Assembly (NCBI GenBank): GCA_046754465.1
Contig: JBHHVU010000030.1
Coordinates: forward strand, 1-38,394
Reading direction: 5' to 3'
Source: Nitrospinaceae bacterium
Lineage (GTDB): Bacteria; Nitrospinota; Nitrospinia; Nitrospinales; VA-1
Length of the DNA stretch: 38,394 nt
Shown: positions 9,928 to 19,441 of the stretch, piece after piece
How positions within the stretch are numbered: position 1 is the stretch's first letter
Layout of the letters: each line of letters opens with the position of its first letter
Notes under the pieces: model-generated
Databases searched by the model: none
What the model saw: only the letters and a program-made list of their open reading frames with translations
Told to the model about the DNA's origin: nothing
Position numbers and translations under genes: made by a program

Positions 9928-10776
9928 TTACATGTCCGGGTCGACGTTTTCGTAGGGGACCTCTTTTTCCTCCAGGACTGCCAGGACCATGTACTTGTCG
10001 GCGGACATCAGGTCTTTCAGCACCTTCAGCAACGTTTCGGAATCGGAAAGGAACGACTGGCGGGTGGTTTCATCCACCGTTTTCTGGGACAGTTCCTGGT
10101 AGGAATCGATCAGGGGCCCGACTTTTAGAATCAAATTTTCAATCAACTTGTAGTCCAGGTTTCTTTTTTCATTTTTTTTGTAATATTCCGCGTGCTTCAG
10201 CCAGATGTCGACGTCGGCTTCCGGTTTTCCCAGCGCGATAAACTCCTCCCTTACGGCTTCTCTCCCAATTTTTGCGATCTTTCCAGTGACCACCCTGGCA
10301 ATGTTGTCGAAAGGAATTCCCCGGGCGGTTTCACAGAGATGCCGCAACCCAGACATAGTTTCGTTGATTTTTCTGTCAATCTGCATTGCCAAGTCGGAAT
10401 AGGGCCTCACCACCGGTGAGCTCTCAAAGGTATGCCATATCCCCCCGGCTTTTTGCACCGCGGTTCTTTTGACATCCAGAGGTTTGACCAAGGCGAGACA
10501 CGAAGCCGCATCGGTCACGGTCGGCTTGATCCCAGGGGGTGGGTTTTCGGTGAGCTTCCTTGCCAGCACTTCGTTCACGGGAATTTTAGGTTTGATCACC
10601 TCTTTCGCGGCAAAAAAGGCTTCCTTGGTTTTTTTGACCTTTTCCGTGCGAACCCAGGTGTGCTCCCGCTGGGGAAGCCGGACCATCGGCTCTTCCTTGA
10701 CTTCCTCGGAACATGCCGAAAGAATGACCAGCATTGACCCTGCGAACAATCCCGCCATCAATCTTGTACTCAACAT
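9928..10776 (-). CDS. Hypothetical lipoprotein
   Basis: 282-aa ORF with signal peptide and LSAC lipobox. No family recognised. Confidence 0.8.
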   Translation of the reverse strand: MLSTRLMAGLFAGSMLVILSACSEEVKEEPMVRLPQREHTWVRTEKVKKTKEAFFAAKEVIKPKIPVNEVLARKLTENPPPGIKPTVTDAASCLALVKPLDVKRTAVQKAGGIWHTFESSPVVRPYSDLAMQIDRKINETMSGLRHLCETARGIPFDNIARVVTGKIAKIGREAVREEFIALGKPEADVDIWLKHAEYYKKNEKRNLDYKLIENLILKVGPLIDSYQELSQKTVDETTRQSFLSDSETLLKVLKDLMSADKYMVLAVLEEKEVPYENVDPDM

Positions 10777-10956
10777 ATCGACCTTTCGCTTGCTTGAAAT
10801 TGTATGTGTTCCCTATTTATACATTAATTTTGAATAGATTCCCACCCCCCTCCAGGAAGGCGAAAAACGGAAACCCCGGATCGGCATCCGAAAAGATTTA
10901 ACCTCTCTTCCCCAATGGTGGGCAGAACCCATCCGCTGACGGGTTTTCAAGGGCAC

Positions 10957-10985
10957 AAAAAAACCAGGCCTTCGATTGGCCTGGT
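10957..10985 (-). terminator. Rho-independent terminator after the small membrane-protein gene
   Basis: Minus strand ACCAGGCC-AATCGAA-GGCCTGGT followed by a T run. Confidence 0.8.
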
Positions 10986-11010
10986 ATCTTGAAAAAATGT
11001 GCCTGACGAT

Positions 11011-11112
11011 TCAGCGGAGAATCGTTTTCCCAGAAAAGGAATACATTATCGCGTTTCCCACCAGCCAGACGACCACCATGATTCCCATCCAATCCAGAAT
11101 GCCGGTAAACAT
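11011..11112 (-). CDS. Small (33 aa) single-TM protein MFTGILDWMGIMVVVWLVGNAIMYSFSGKTILR
   Basis: ATG preceded by GAGGAGG RBS, hydrophobic core, basic C-terminus, followed by a terminator. Below the ORF-track length cut-off. Confidence 0.65.
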   Translation of the reverse strand: MFTGILDWMGIMVVVWLVGNAIMYSFSGKTILR

Positions 11113-11204
11113 CACAATCCCTCCTCTCCGGGTATGCGGGGAGAAGGCCTGACATCCCGTGAACAGGCCGCCATCCCCAAGTCGTCAAACCTCTTTCTTC
11201 CAAC

Positions 11205-11233
11205 AATATGTGTCCCAAAACCAAATTTAGCAA
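11205..11233 (-). promoter_or_regulatory. Putative sigma70 promoter for the small-protein gene
   Basis: Minus strand TTGCTA-N17-CATATT. Confidence 0.35.
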
Positions 11234-11241
11234 GTGCCGGG

Positions 11242-11358
11242 CCCCCCACGGGGGAGGGGATAGGTCACAGCATCATCGCCAGCCCACCTGGGCCCGCCAT
11301 ATAAAGTCCGTCAAATTGCGAGCAGGGGACTCCGCTCACCCGCCGAGGTTTTCGGCCC
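11242..11358 (+). repeat. Modular intergenic repeat overlapping the SPOR gene 3' end
   Basis: CCCCC-CAC-GGGGG, GATAGGTCACAGCATCATCGCCAGCCCA, GCCATATAAAGTCCGTCAAAT, then degenerate ACCCGCCGAGGTTTTCGGCCC. Confidence 0.8.
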
Positions 11359-12607
11359 CGGTCCCTGGGGGGAGGGTGGTGACGAAGTTCTCCAGTTTTT
11401 CCTGGTGTTCGATTTTTTTGGCAAGGAGGAGGGCCTTTTTCTTATCCTTGAACTTTTCCACCCGAACGCGGTAAATGGGCGTTTTTTCCTGGGTCCTGAA
11501 AAGGGTGATAAAAGCGTTGTAGCCCTTCTTCATAAGGGAGACGAACATTTTTTGGGCGAGGGTTTGGGTTTTGTAGGCACCCACCTGGATGGTGTAAAGG
11601 ATGGGGGTGTGACTTTTCTTTACCTCCGGCCGGTGAGGTGGGGGAGGCCCGAGGTGAGTTGGAATTTCTATTGATTGCCCGCCCCATTTCTTGCGGGAGG
11701 CGCCCTTCCCTGATTCGCGGTTCACCGTCAGGCTGATCGGCTGGATGGGAAAGAGGTTGACCGCGGTCAGCGGCTTCTTTTTTTCCTGGGAACTCGGCGG
11801 AGTGTTTTCGGACCATCTGGCTTGCACCCGCTCCATTTTTTCCAACCGATGGATATCCCGGCGGGCGGCTTTGGCGATGACGGTATTTCCAAAGGTTTTT
11901 TCTTCGTTGGCCCCATCGGGCTGCCTGACGATGGCGGTCAATTTTTTCACCATCCGGGAGGTCAATCGGTTCAGGTTCAGTTTGTTGGTGACGAAATAAA
12001 TAGGCGCGAGCACCGCCGACGCCATACCCGTTGGAATTTTTCCTATCCCCTGGAAATCCAGCTCCGTCTGTTCTGCCCGCCAGAGGATTTCGCCGGTTCG
12101 TGTATCCACCATTTCCAGCGATATGCTGATTTTGATGGAGGAATGAAGAAAGAGGTAGGATCGCTCCACCTTATTCATCCTGCTGATGAGCACTGCGTCC
12201 GCTCCCAGGATTTCTCCGAAATGCATGGGATTCAGGGAGGGGTACTGGGAAGGTTGGGTCAGCCCGTTTTTCTTTAGTAATCCGTCCACGATGTAATGTT
12301 CGAGCAGATGGAACTTCGATTGTTTGAGGTTGGCGTAAAGGCTTTGCCGAAACAGTTTGGCGGCCTCCTTTTGGGAAGGGTTCAGGGTTTCCACTGGCAG
12401 GATAGCCAGGGTCTGGTTGGGGGGAAGCCGCAACAGGTTACCCGACACCTTGGTCTGCAAATCCGCGGCGCAGGCGGACAGTTGAAATGCCAGGATGAGC
12501 CAGGGAATTCGCCGCACCCAAGCCCGACCGGAGCGATGGATCGATCCTTTACCTGACGCTTTCTTCAATTCCGTGTTCCGGGGAATGATGGGATACCCTC
12601 CGTTCAA
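11336..12607 (-). CDS. DUF799/GNA1162-like lipoprotein with C-terminal SPOR domain
   Basis: LSAC lipobox. LAILPV...ILGADAVL...MVDTRTGEILW fold. C-terminal YTIQVGAY...YRVRV SPOR motif. True start may be downstream. Confidence 0.8.
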   Translation of the reverse strand: MNGGYPIIPRNTELKKASGKGSIHRSGRAWVRRIPWLILAFQLSACAADLQTKVSGNLLRLPPNQTLAILPVETLNPSQKEAAKLFRQSLYANLKQSKFHLLEHYIVDGLLKKNGLTQPSQYPSLNPMHFGEILGADAVLISRMNKVERSYLFLHSSIKISISLEMVDTRTGEILWRAEQTELDFQGIGKIPTGMASAVLAPIYFVTNKLNLNRLTSRMVKKLTAIVRQPDGANEEKTFGNTVIAKAARRDIHRLEKMERVQARWSENTPPSSQEKKKPLTAVNLFPIQPISLTVNRESGKGASRKKWGGQSIEIPTHLGPPPPHRPEVKKSHTPILYTIQVGAYKTQTLAQKMFVSLMKKGYNAFITLFRTQEKTPIYRVRVEKFKDKKKALLLAKKIEHQEKLENFVTTLPPGTGAENLGG

Positions 12608-13539
12608 CCGCCGATGGTTGCCATGGCGGACTTGTAATATTTTTTCCCTGCCAAACCTTTTTTGTTTTTCAGGGTACCGATGATGAAGGCGCTCTTCACC
12701 TCATCCCCTTTCCGGACCAAGTAGCTTCCCGTGTAGACGCCGGGAGAGACTTCTTTCATGGGAATGCTGGTCCGCCAACTCCCGATATCGAACGAGGCGG
12801 TCAATCCCGGCTGCCCGCGCATGCTGACGTAAATGCGGTCGTCGATTTTCAGTTTCCGGTTGGCTTTCAAATTGGTTTCGATACTGGCGATGACGGGCAG
12901 TTGAATGTCGTGGAGGCGTTCGGGCGCCGGGTCGGGGATTTGTTTGATCACTTTCTGGGAGAACGTCTCGGCGGTCTTGTAATAAGCCTGTTTGACCTTG
13001 GCGTTTTCGATCTGCTCCTGGATGATGTCGACGATGGTGGGGGTCGCGATGCCCGAATACGCGATTTCCGTGTGTTCCACTTCCCAGAGCATCTCTCCCG
13101 TCTTCAAATCAATCATCTCGAGTTTCGCGTTGATGCGAGTCTCCGCATGAATTCCCCCGGTAAAATTATTCGCGTCCAGAACATGCCCGCGAATGACCGC
13201 CTCGACGCCAAGGATTCGTCTCAGTTCCATGGGTCTCAGTTTGGAGGCGTCTTCCGCTTTAACGCCGCCGTGGTGCAGCCGCTGGTCCACTTCATCCAGC
13301 GGCATGTCGGTGTAACCGAGGTAACTGAAGTTATTGAAAAAAACTTCCCTGAAAATAATTTGGGGCAGTTCCTTCTCTTGAACCTTTTCATCGATCGTGA
13401 ATGGAAGGATGGCGACGGTTTTCGGAAACACGGCTTTGGTTTCCAGAAACTGGTTGACCCTGACCTTGGCCGAACCGCACCCTCCCAGAAAAACCAGGCC
13501 GGCCACCGCGATCCACGCCGATTTATGAAAAACACGCAT
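12604..13539 (-). CDS. DUF799/GNA1162-like lipoprotein with C-terminal beta-rich domain
   Basis: LGGC lipobox. TVAILPF...LGVEAVIRG...MIDLKTGEMLW. Overlaps the next gene by 4 nt. Confidence 0.8.
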   Translation of the reverse strand: MRVFHKSAWIAVAGLVFLGGCGSAKVRVNQFLETKAVFPKTVAILPFTIDEKVQEKELPQIIFREVFFNNFSYLGYTDMPLDEVDQRLHHGGVKAEDASKLRPMELRRILGVEAVIRGHVLDANNFTGGIHAETRINAKLEMIDLKTGEMLWEVEHTEIAYSGIATPTIVDIIQEQIENAKVKQAYYKTAETFSQKVIKQIPDPAPERLHDIQLPVIASIETNLKANRKLKIDDRIYVSMRGQPGLTASFDIGSWRTSIPMKEVSPGVYTGSYLVRKGDEVKSAFIIGTLKNKKGLAGKKYYKSAMATIGG

Positions 13540-13610
13540 ACGCCAGTCGCTAACAACTTATTGAAATTAAATAATTATTTCAACTGTTTTTAGTTTACCA
13601 GGAAAATTTC

Positions 13611-13639
13611 AATATATAAAACATTAAGGTCCCTGTCAA
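13611..13639 (-). promoter_or_regulatory. Putative sigma70 promoter of the DUF799 lipoprotein operon
   Basis: Minus strand TTGACA-N17-TATATT. Confidence 0.6.
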
Positions 13640-14054
13640 TAAATTTCATCAAATTTGTTTAAATTTGATGGTTTGCGGTGGCGCCAAAAGTTATCTTCCA
13701 GAAATTTACTAACCCGCGAAAATTCAAATAGTTGATTTTATCCGTCCCGCCGATAGCGGTTGACTCCCAAGGAAATTCGTGGTAATTTCCGGGCGCCCGA
13801 TTTGTCTGATTTCCCCTGGATTTTGAGGACTCTGACCGCGCACCCGAATTCCGGTTGTAATTTTTTGCTCTCTGGTAATACTTACAATACAAATGGAATG
13901 AAAAGGTTCCGAGCTTTTCGACGGGCCGGGGCCGGACCCGGGTTTCTAATCATTTTTTTCCCACAGGCGAATCGGAATATCCGTTAAGTAAACCAATTGA
14001 TTCTTTCAATTTTCCTGGGCGAATTTTAGAAAGGCGGTCTATTTTCAGGACGGT

Positions 14055-14855
14055 TTGGCCGCTGTTAATGAATTCATGGATTTTATCAACGCTATCGGAT
14101 CGCGTTTTATTTCTATTCTGGACAGGCTGGGGAATCAGTTTGTTTTCCTGTTTAACGTCCTGGTCTGGGTCTTTCGGCCCCCCTACCTGATCAAGGAGGT
14201 CACCAAGCAGGTCCATTTCATCGGGGTCCGGTCCCTCGTCGTCATCATCCTGACGGCGTCTTTTACCGGAATGGTCCTGGGAGTCCAGGGATTTTATACT
14301 TTAAAGAAATTCGGTTCCGAAGGTCTTTTGGGGGCGGCGGTTGCCTTGAGCATCATCCGGGAACTGGGACCCGTACTGGCCGCGCTCATGGTAACGGGGC
14401 GAGCGGGTTCCGCAATCTCCGCGGAGATCGGGATCATGCGCATTTCGGAGCAACTGGACGCGTTGGACACCATGGCCCTCAATCCCCTGAAATATGTGGT
14501 AGTCCCCAAGGTTCTCGCCGCCCTGATCTGCGTACCCCTCCTGACCGCGATATTTGATGTCGTGGGAATCGCCGGGGGCTATGTCGCCGGTGTGCACATG
14601 CTCGGGGTCAGTGGCGGAGCCTTTACCGGAAGCATGGAGACCAGCGTCATGTGGAAGGATGTTTACAGCGGCATCATGAAGTCGTTCAGCTTCGCCCTCA
14701 TCATAAGCTGGGTCTGCTGCTTCGAGGGGTATTACGCCGACTTGTACAGCGGACAGGGCGCCGAGGGGGTGGGCCACGCCACCACCACGGCGGTCGTCGT
14801 TTCTTCGGTGACCATCCTGATCTGGGATTACTTCATCACCTCGGCGCTGATTTAG
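14055..14855 (+). CDS. mlaE: MlaE family ABC transporter permease
   Basis: IIRELGPVLAALMVTGRAGSAISAEIGIMRISEQLDAL, GAEGVGHATT. Start may be ATG 14076. Confidence 0.95.
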   Translation: MAAVNEFMDFINAIGSRFISILDRLGNQFVFLFNVLVWVFRPPYLIKEVTKQVHFIGVRSLVVIILTASFTGMVLGVQGFYTLKKFGSEGLLGAAVALSIIRELGPVLAALMVTGRAGSAISAEIGIMRISEQLDALDTMALNPLKYVVVPKVLAALICVPLLTAIFDVVGIAGGYVAGVHMLGVSGGAFTGSMETSVMWKDVYSGIMKSFSFALIISWVCCFEGYYADLYSGQGAEGVGHATTTAVVVSSVTILIWDYFITSALI

Positions 14856-14870
14856 GCCGACATTCGGACT

Positions 14871-15617
14871 ATGATTAAAATTCAGGATCTGAGAAAAAAT
14901 TTTCTGGATCAGGAGGTCCTCAGGGGAGTCAACCTGGAAATCCCCCGCCGGAAGATCACGTCCATCGTGGGCCGGAGCGGATGCGGAAAAACCGTGCTGC
15001 TCAAACACATCATCGGCCTGATGAAACCGGATGGGGGATCGCTGCTGGTCGACGGGGTGGATATTTCACGTATCAACGGAAACCGGCTGAATGAGGTGAG
15101 AAAAAAATTCGGGATGCTATTCCAGGGCGCCGCTTTGCTCGATTCCATGACCGTATTCGAAAACGTGGCTTTCCCCCTGGAGGAAAAAACCCGGCTATCC
15201 AAAAAGGAAATCCGAGAGCGGGTGGAAACCGAGTTGAGGAATGTCGGCATCGTCGGAATGAATTCCAAATACCCCGCTCAACTGAGCGGCGGCATGAAGA
15301 AAAGGGTGGGGCTCGCCCGCGCCATCATCATGCATCCGGAAATCGTTCTGTTTGACGAACCCACCACCGGACTGGACCCCATCATGAAAAAAGCCATCCA
15401 CCAGCTGATCTTTGACACGCAGCGCCGGGTTCAATGCACCGCGGTGGTCGTCAGCCACGATATCCCCGATGTGTTCGATATCACCGACTATGTGGTCATG
15501 TTGCACGACGGGGTGATCGTGGAAGAGGGAACCCCGGAAAAATTTCAAAAATCGGAAAATGCCGCGGTCCAGCAATTCCTCAAAGGGGAAATCGAGGGAC
15601 CCATCAGTCTCAATTGA
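14871..15617 (+). CDS. mlaF: MlaF family ABC ATP-binding protein
   Basis: GRSGCGKT, LFQGAALLDS, LSGGMKKRVGLARA, DEPTTGLDP. Confidence 0.93.
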   Translation: MIKIQDLRKNFLDQEVLRGVNLEIPRRKITSIVGRSGCGKTVLLKHIIGLMKPDGGSLLVDGVDISRINGNRLNEVRKKFGMLFQGAALLDSMTVFENVAFPLEEKTRLSKKEIRERVETELRNVGIVGMNSKYPAQLSGGMKKRVGLARAIIMHPEIVLFDEPTTGLDPIMKKAIHQLIFDTQRRVQCTAVVVSHDIPDVFDITDYVVMLHDGVIVEEGTPEKFQKSENAAVQQFLKGEIEGPISLN

Positions 15618-15704
15618 TTCACTGTCCCTCCGGCGGGGGCTCACGCGGGAGAGGCAATTTATCATCCATAATTTGACGGCTCAAAATCAAGAGAGAGTTC
15701 AGTT

Positions 15705-16145
15705 ATGAAAAAGTTCAGCATGGAAACGGCTGTGGGCATATTCGCGATCGTGGGAATCCTTTGCCTGGGATACCTCTCGGTAAAACTGGGCAAAAAGGAA
15801 ATCCTGGGAACGAATCATTACATCGTCTATGCGGATTTCGATTCGATCTCCGGTCTGCGGGAGAACGCGGAAATTGAAATCGCCGGCGTCAATATCGGCA
15901 GCGTTGGGAAAATTCGTCTCGCGGATGGCATGGCCCGGGTCGAAATGAAAATCCGGAAAGATGTTCAATTGCCCGACGATTCTATCGTTTCCGTGAAAAC
16001 CCGCGGTCTGATTGGGGACAGAATCCTCAGTGTATCCCTGGGAGGATCGCCCGAAATGGTCCCACCGGGAGGGGTGATGATCGAAACCGAGTCCGTGATT
16101 GACCTGGAAAATTTGATCAGCCAGTACATTTTTGGTAAGGTATAA
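15705..16145 (+). CDS. mlaD: MlaD (MCE domain) protein
   Basis: N-terminal TM (ETAVGIF), ISGL...VEIAGV-like, VKTRGLIGDRIL, DLENLISQYIFG. Confidence 0.93.
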   Translation: MKKFSMETAVGIFAIVGILCLGYLSVKLGKKEILGTNHYIVYADFDSISGLRENAEIEIAGVNIGSVGKIRLADGMARVEMKIRKDVQLPDDSIVSVKTRGLIGDRILSVSLGGSPEMVPPGGVMIETESVIDLENLISQYIFGKV

Positions 16146-16181
16146 ACCCCCAACTCAAACATCTTGAAAAAGGAAAAATTT

Positions 16182-16820
16182 ATGTGGAAAAGACACCTCC
16201 CGGCCGGTTGGATTGTAGCAGGTTTGACTCTGGTTCTGGTGTTCGCTCCCGGGACCGTCCATGCTTCGGAAATCACAAATGAATTGAAATCCACCATTGA
16301 CGAAGTCATCCATATCGTCACCGACAACGCCTTGAAGAAAAACCATGACGAAAGGCGGAAAAAACTTCGGGATGCCATCAGCAAACGTTTCAATTACAAG
16401 CAAATGGTGATGCGGTCCCTGGCAAAAAACTGGAACAAGAGAACCCCCAAGGAGCAGAAGGATTTCATCGCCCTGTTCAAGAAGCTCCTGGAACATTCCT
16501 ATGCCAGCAAGATCGAAACCTACAGCGATGAGAAAATCAATTACGTGGATGAAGTCGTCAAGGGAAAATACGCCCTGGTAAAAACCGAAATCGTCCGCAG
16601 GGACGGGACCATCGGCGTGGACTACAAGCTGGTTAAGGATGATGGGGAATGGCGCGTGTATGACTTTGTGATCGAAGGGGTCAGCATGATTCGCAATTAC
16701 CGTTCCCAGTTCAACAAAATCATTCACAAGGAGTCCTACGAGGCCTTGGTAAAAAAACTGTCGTCGAAAATCGACGAACTCGAAAAACCCGAGGGGAATT
16801 CCCAATCGGAAAACCTTTAG
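16182..16820 (+). CDS. mlaC: MlaC/Ttg2D (HpnM-like) periplasmic lipid-binding protein
   Basis: Signal peptide, SLAKNW, WRVYDFVIEGVSMIRNYRSQF. Confidence 0.9.
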   Translation: MWKRHLPAGWIVAGLTLVLVFAPGTVHASEITNELKSTIDEVIHIVTDNALKKNHDERRKKLRDAISKRFNYKQMVMRSLAKNWNKRTPKEQKDFIALFKKLLEHSYASKIETYSDEKINYVDEVVKGKYALVKTEIVRRDGTIGVDYKLVKDDGEWRVYDFVIEGVSMIRNYRSQFNKIIHKESYEALVKKLSSKIDELEKPEGNSQSENL

Positions 16821-16918
16821 TAGATAAGCGCCATGCCCCCCTGTTGGCGCGTCCCGTTCCTGGAATTTGACGGCAAGGGGGTTCCTATGTCCGGTTCAAA
16901 CCCTCGTATTCTTTTCCC

Positions 16919-17920
16919 ATGATACGAAGCAGCGCCCCCACACGGATCGATCTGGCCGGGGGCACGTTGGATATCTGGCCCCTATACCTTTTCTTCGACA
17001 ATCCCCCAACCCTCAACGCGGCCATCGACCTTTACGCCACCGTCGAGCTGAAACCTCGGAATGACCGGCAAATCATGGTCGAATCGAAAGACCTGAACCT
17101 CAGGGAGCGGTTCGCGTCGATCCAGTCCTTGCCGGAAAAACATCCCCTGGACCTGATTCTCAAGACCCTGAAATTTTACCGTCCGCTGCCGTCGAAGGGG
17201 ATGGAAGTGATAACCGATTGCCGGGCGCCTCAGGGGTCCGGCATCGGGGGGTCGTCCGCCCTGAATATCGCCCTCCACGGGGCGTTTAATGCCTGGACGG
17301 GAAACCGGTACCGGAAACCTCAAATTCTGGAAATCGCCAGGAACATCGAAACCCAGGTCATCTCCGTGCCCGCGGGGTGGCAGGACTATTTTCCCGCTCT
17401 CTATGGCGGGTTATTGGCCGTCCAACCCGGACTATCCGGGGTGACCCACCATCCCCTGACCCTGGATCCCGCGGAACTGACGCGGCGATTCGTCCTCTGT
17501 TATACCGGCAAACCCCGGCAATCGGGAATCAACAACTGGGAGGTCTTCAAGAAGGTCATCGAAGGAGAAAACCGGACCCGCCGCTGTCTCCGGGAAATCG
17601 GCCAGGCCGCCCGGAAAATAGAAACCTCTTTGAAAAAAAAACAATGGCGTCAGACCGCCCTCTGGATGGAAAAGGAATGGCGGGCGAGAAAAGCCCTGGC
17701 GCCGGGAATCAGCACTCCGCATATGGACCGCCTCATCCGGGCGGCGATGAGCCATGGCGCGTTGGCGGGAAAAGTTTGCGGCGCCGGTGGAGGCGGCTGC
17801 GTGGCTTTTCTGGTCAAAAAAGGCAGCCGGGACAAAGTCGCCCAGGCCCTGGAGCAACAAGGCGGGAAAGTCCTTCCATTCCGCTTTGTCCGCCGCGGCC
17901 TCCAGGTTGAAAGGGGCTAA
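16919..17920 (+). CDS. GHMP family sugar kinase (HddA-like)
   Basis: APTRIDLAGGTLD, PQGSGIGGSS, GWQD, GKVCGAGGGG. Confidence 0.88.
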   Translation: MIRSSAPTRIDLAGGTLDIWPLYLFFDNPPTLNAAIDLYATVELKPRNDRQIMVESKDLNLRERFASIQSLPEKHPLDLILKTLKFYRPLPSKGMEVITDCRAPQGSGIGGSSALNIALHGAFNAWTGNRYRKPQILEIARNIETQVISVPAGWQDYFPALYGGLLAVQPGLSGVTHHPLTLDPAELTRRFVLCYTGKPRQSGINNWEVFKKVIEGENRTRRCLREIGQAARKIETSLKKKQWRQTALWMEKEWRARKALAPGISTPHMDRLIRAAMSHGALAGKVCGAGGGGCVAFLVKKGSRDKVAQALEQQGGKVLPFRFVRRGLQVERG

Positions 17921-17932
17921 GAAAGTTTCGCT
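17919..17932 (+). repeat. Left 14-bp direct repeat flanking the fic module
   Basis: AAGAAAGTTTCGCT, identical at 19428-19441. Confidence 0.7.
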
Positions 17933-18021
17933 AGAGCATAATGCGCTGAATCGTTCCCGTTATTATAGCCCCCTCACCCGGCACGTCATCCCCTGAAATT
18001 TTAATTTACACTCTCCTTATT

Positions 18022-19119
18022 TTACCTTTCGTGCAAGAGGTCGAGAAGGGGTCTGAAAACATATAATTTCGCACGCCCCGCCTTAATATTCAAATCTTGC
18101 AAAATTCTCTCCCCCTCAAAAAGTTTTATCAGTCTGCGCGCCGTAAGACGGGAGTTGCTCTCTAAATGGTCTTGTGCTTGAGGGATAGTAAAACAGGGCG
18201 ATTCAAAAATAAAATCCACAAAAGGAATTAAGTAGGGAGACTTGGTGACCTGGAAATGGGTTCTAATTTCATCATAAAGGTTAAAAATTTTTTCAATAAG
18301 CGCCTGGGTAGCTTTTAATTGTTCCGCAACACTGTGGAGGAAAAAAGCAAGCCAACCTTCATACTCCCAGGTTTCGTCCACCTTATGAAGCGCGGAAAGA
18401 TACTCATCCCGGTGAGCCTCAAAGTATCCGCTCAAATACAAAATCGGGGATGAAAGTTTTTTTTCGTTAAAAAGGATGAGGGGGATCAACAATCTCCCCA
18501 GGCGCCCATTCCCGTCATTAAAAGGATGCACCGCTTCAAACTGGTAATGGAACATTCCCGCCTTGATCAGGGAGCCCTCTTGATTGTTATCGAGGTACCC
18601 CATGAGGTTTTCCATATAATCCCGGACCAAATGAAATTCTGGCGGAATATAAATTGCCTTTTCGATGGTGTCGGTAAATTTTTCAGCAACCCAAACCGTC
18701 TCCTCTCTATACTTCCCCAATTTTGCTTTATGCCGCACGCCCTGAAGTAAGGTGGCATGAAGCGACTCGATGAGATGACTCGTTATTTTTCTCCCCCTCT
18801 TTAATTCATCGGTGGCGTTCCGGATCGCCCTTCTATAATTGACCACTTGCAGCGCATCCAAATCACCTGGCTTCCCTCCAGCCTCATAAAGAAAAACATC
18901 CGAAACGGTGCTTACCGTTCCCTCAATTTTCGAACTCACAGTGGCCTCTTTTGCTGAAAGGGGGGAAATGAGAAGATCGGGATTCTGTAAATTTTTTTGT
19001 GATCCTTCCAGCAAACCCAGCGAGTATATGGCGTGTTCATATTCTTTAGCGAATAGACTATAATTTAATTCCGTCTTTGATACATCCAGGAATGCAGGTT
19101 TATGGTGTTCCATTTTCAT
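18022..19119 (-). CDS. Fic family protein (class II) with probable C-terminal HTH
   Basis: Fic motif HPFNDGNGRLGR and N-terminal inhibitory motif SSKIEG. More AT-rich than neighbours. Start could be 19113-19137. Confidence 0.92.
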   Translation of the reverse strand: MKMEHHKPAFLDVSKTELNYSLFAKEYEHAIYSLGLLEGSQKNLQNPDLLISPLSAKEATVSSKIEGTVSTVSDVFLYEAGGKPGDLDALQVVNYRRAIRNATDELKRGRKITSHLIESLHATLLQGVRHKAKLGKYREETVWVAEKFTDTIEKAIYIPPEFHLVRDYMENLMGYLDNNQEGSLIKAGMFHYQFEAVHPFNDGNGRLGRLLIPLILFNEKKLSSPILYLSGYFEAHRDEYLSALHKVDETWEYEGWLAFFLHSVAEQLKATQALIEKIFNLYDEIRTHFQVTKSPYLIPFVDFIFESPCFTIPQAQDHLESNSRLTARRLIKLFEGERILQDLNIKAGRAKLYVFRPLLDLLHER

Positions 19120-19140
19120 ATCATAATCACAAAACAACCG

Positions 19141-19292
19141 TATCAGAATATAGGTATTTTGATATAAGTTATCACCTTTTCCAGATCTTGGGGTATTCCA
19201 AGTTAGCCATACAAGATGAAGGGTCTGTAACTATATCAGGCAAAGTATACCCTTCCCATTAATATATCATAAAATCTATATTTTGATATATT
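19141..19292. promoter_or_regulatory. Two palindromic operator-like sites TATCA-N14-TGATA upstream of fic
   Basis: Sites at 19141-19164 and 19265-19288. The second extends to a 9-bp perfect inverted repeat AATATATCA/TGATATATT. Confidence 0.55.
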
Positions 19293-19427
19293 TAAACAGA
19301 AACTATCTATTAGGTGATATCGTTGCCGTTTTAGGGGTCACGGGGGGGATTCAGGCCTCTGGTGGAGAGGACGCGGTAGGGCGTCCTGTTACGATAAGGC
19401 AACAGGCCCCTTTCTTAGCTACAACTC

Positions 19428-19441
19428 AAGAAAGTTTCGCT
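19428..19441 (+). repeat. Right 14-bp direct repeat flanking the fic module
   Basis: AAGAAAGTTTCGCT, identical at 17919-17932. Confidence 0.7.

Noticed and set aside
10898..11304. ORFs 10898-11233 (-) and 10999-11304 (+)
   Set aside because: No RBS or motifs, and they cross a terminator or the repeat. The 33-aa ORF explains the region better.
15626..15655. Possible repeat remnant between mlaF and mlaD
   Set aside because: Only CACGCGGGAGAGG resembles the 5' module. There is no core or paired stem.
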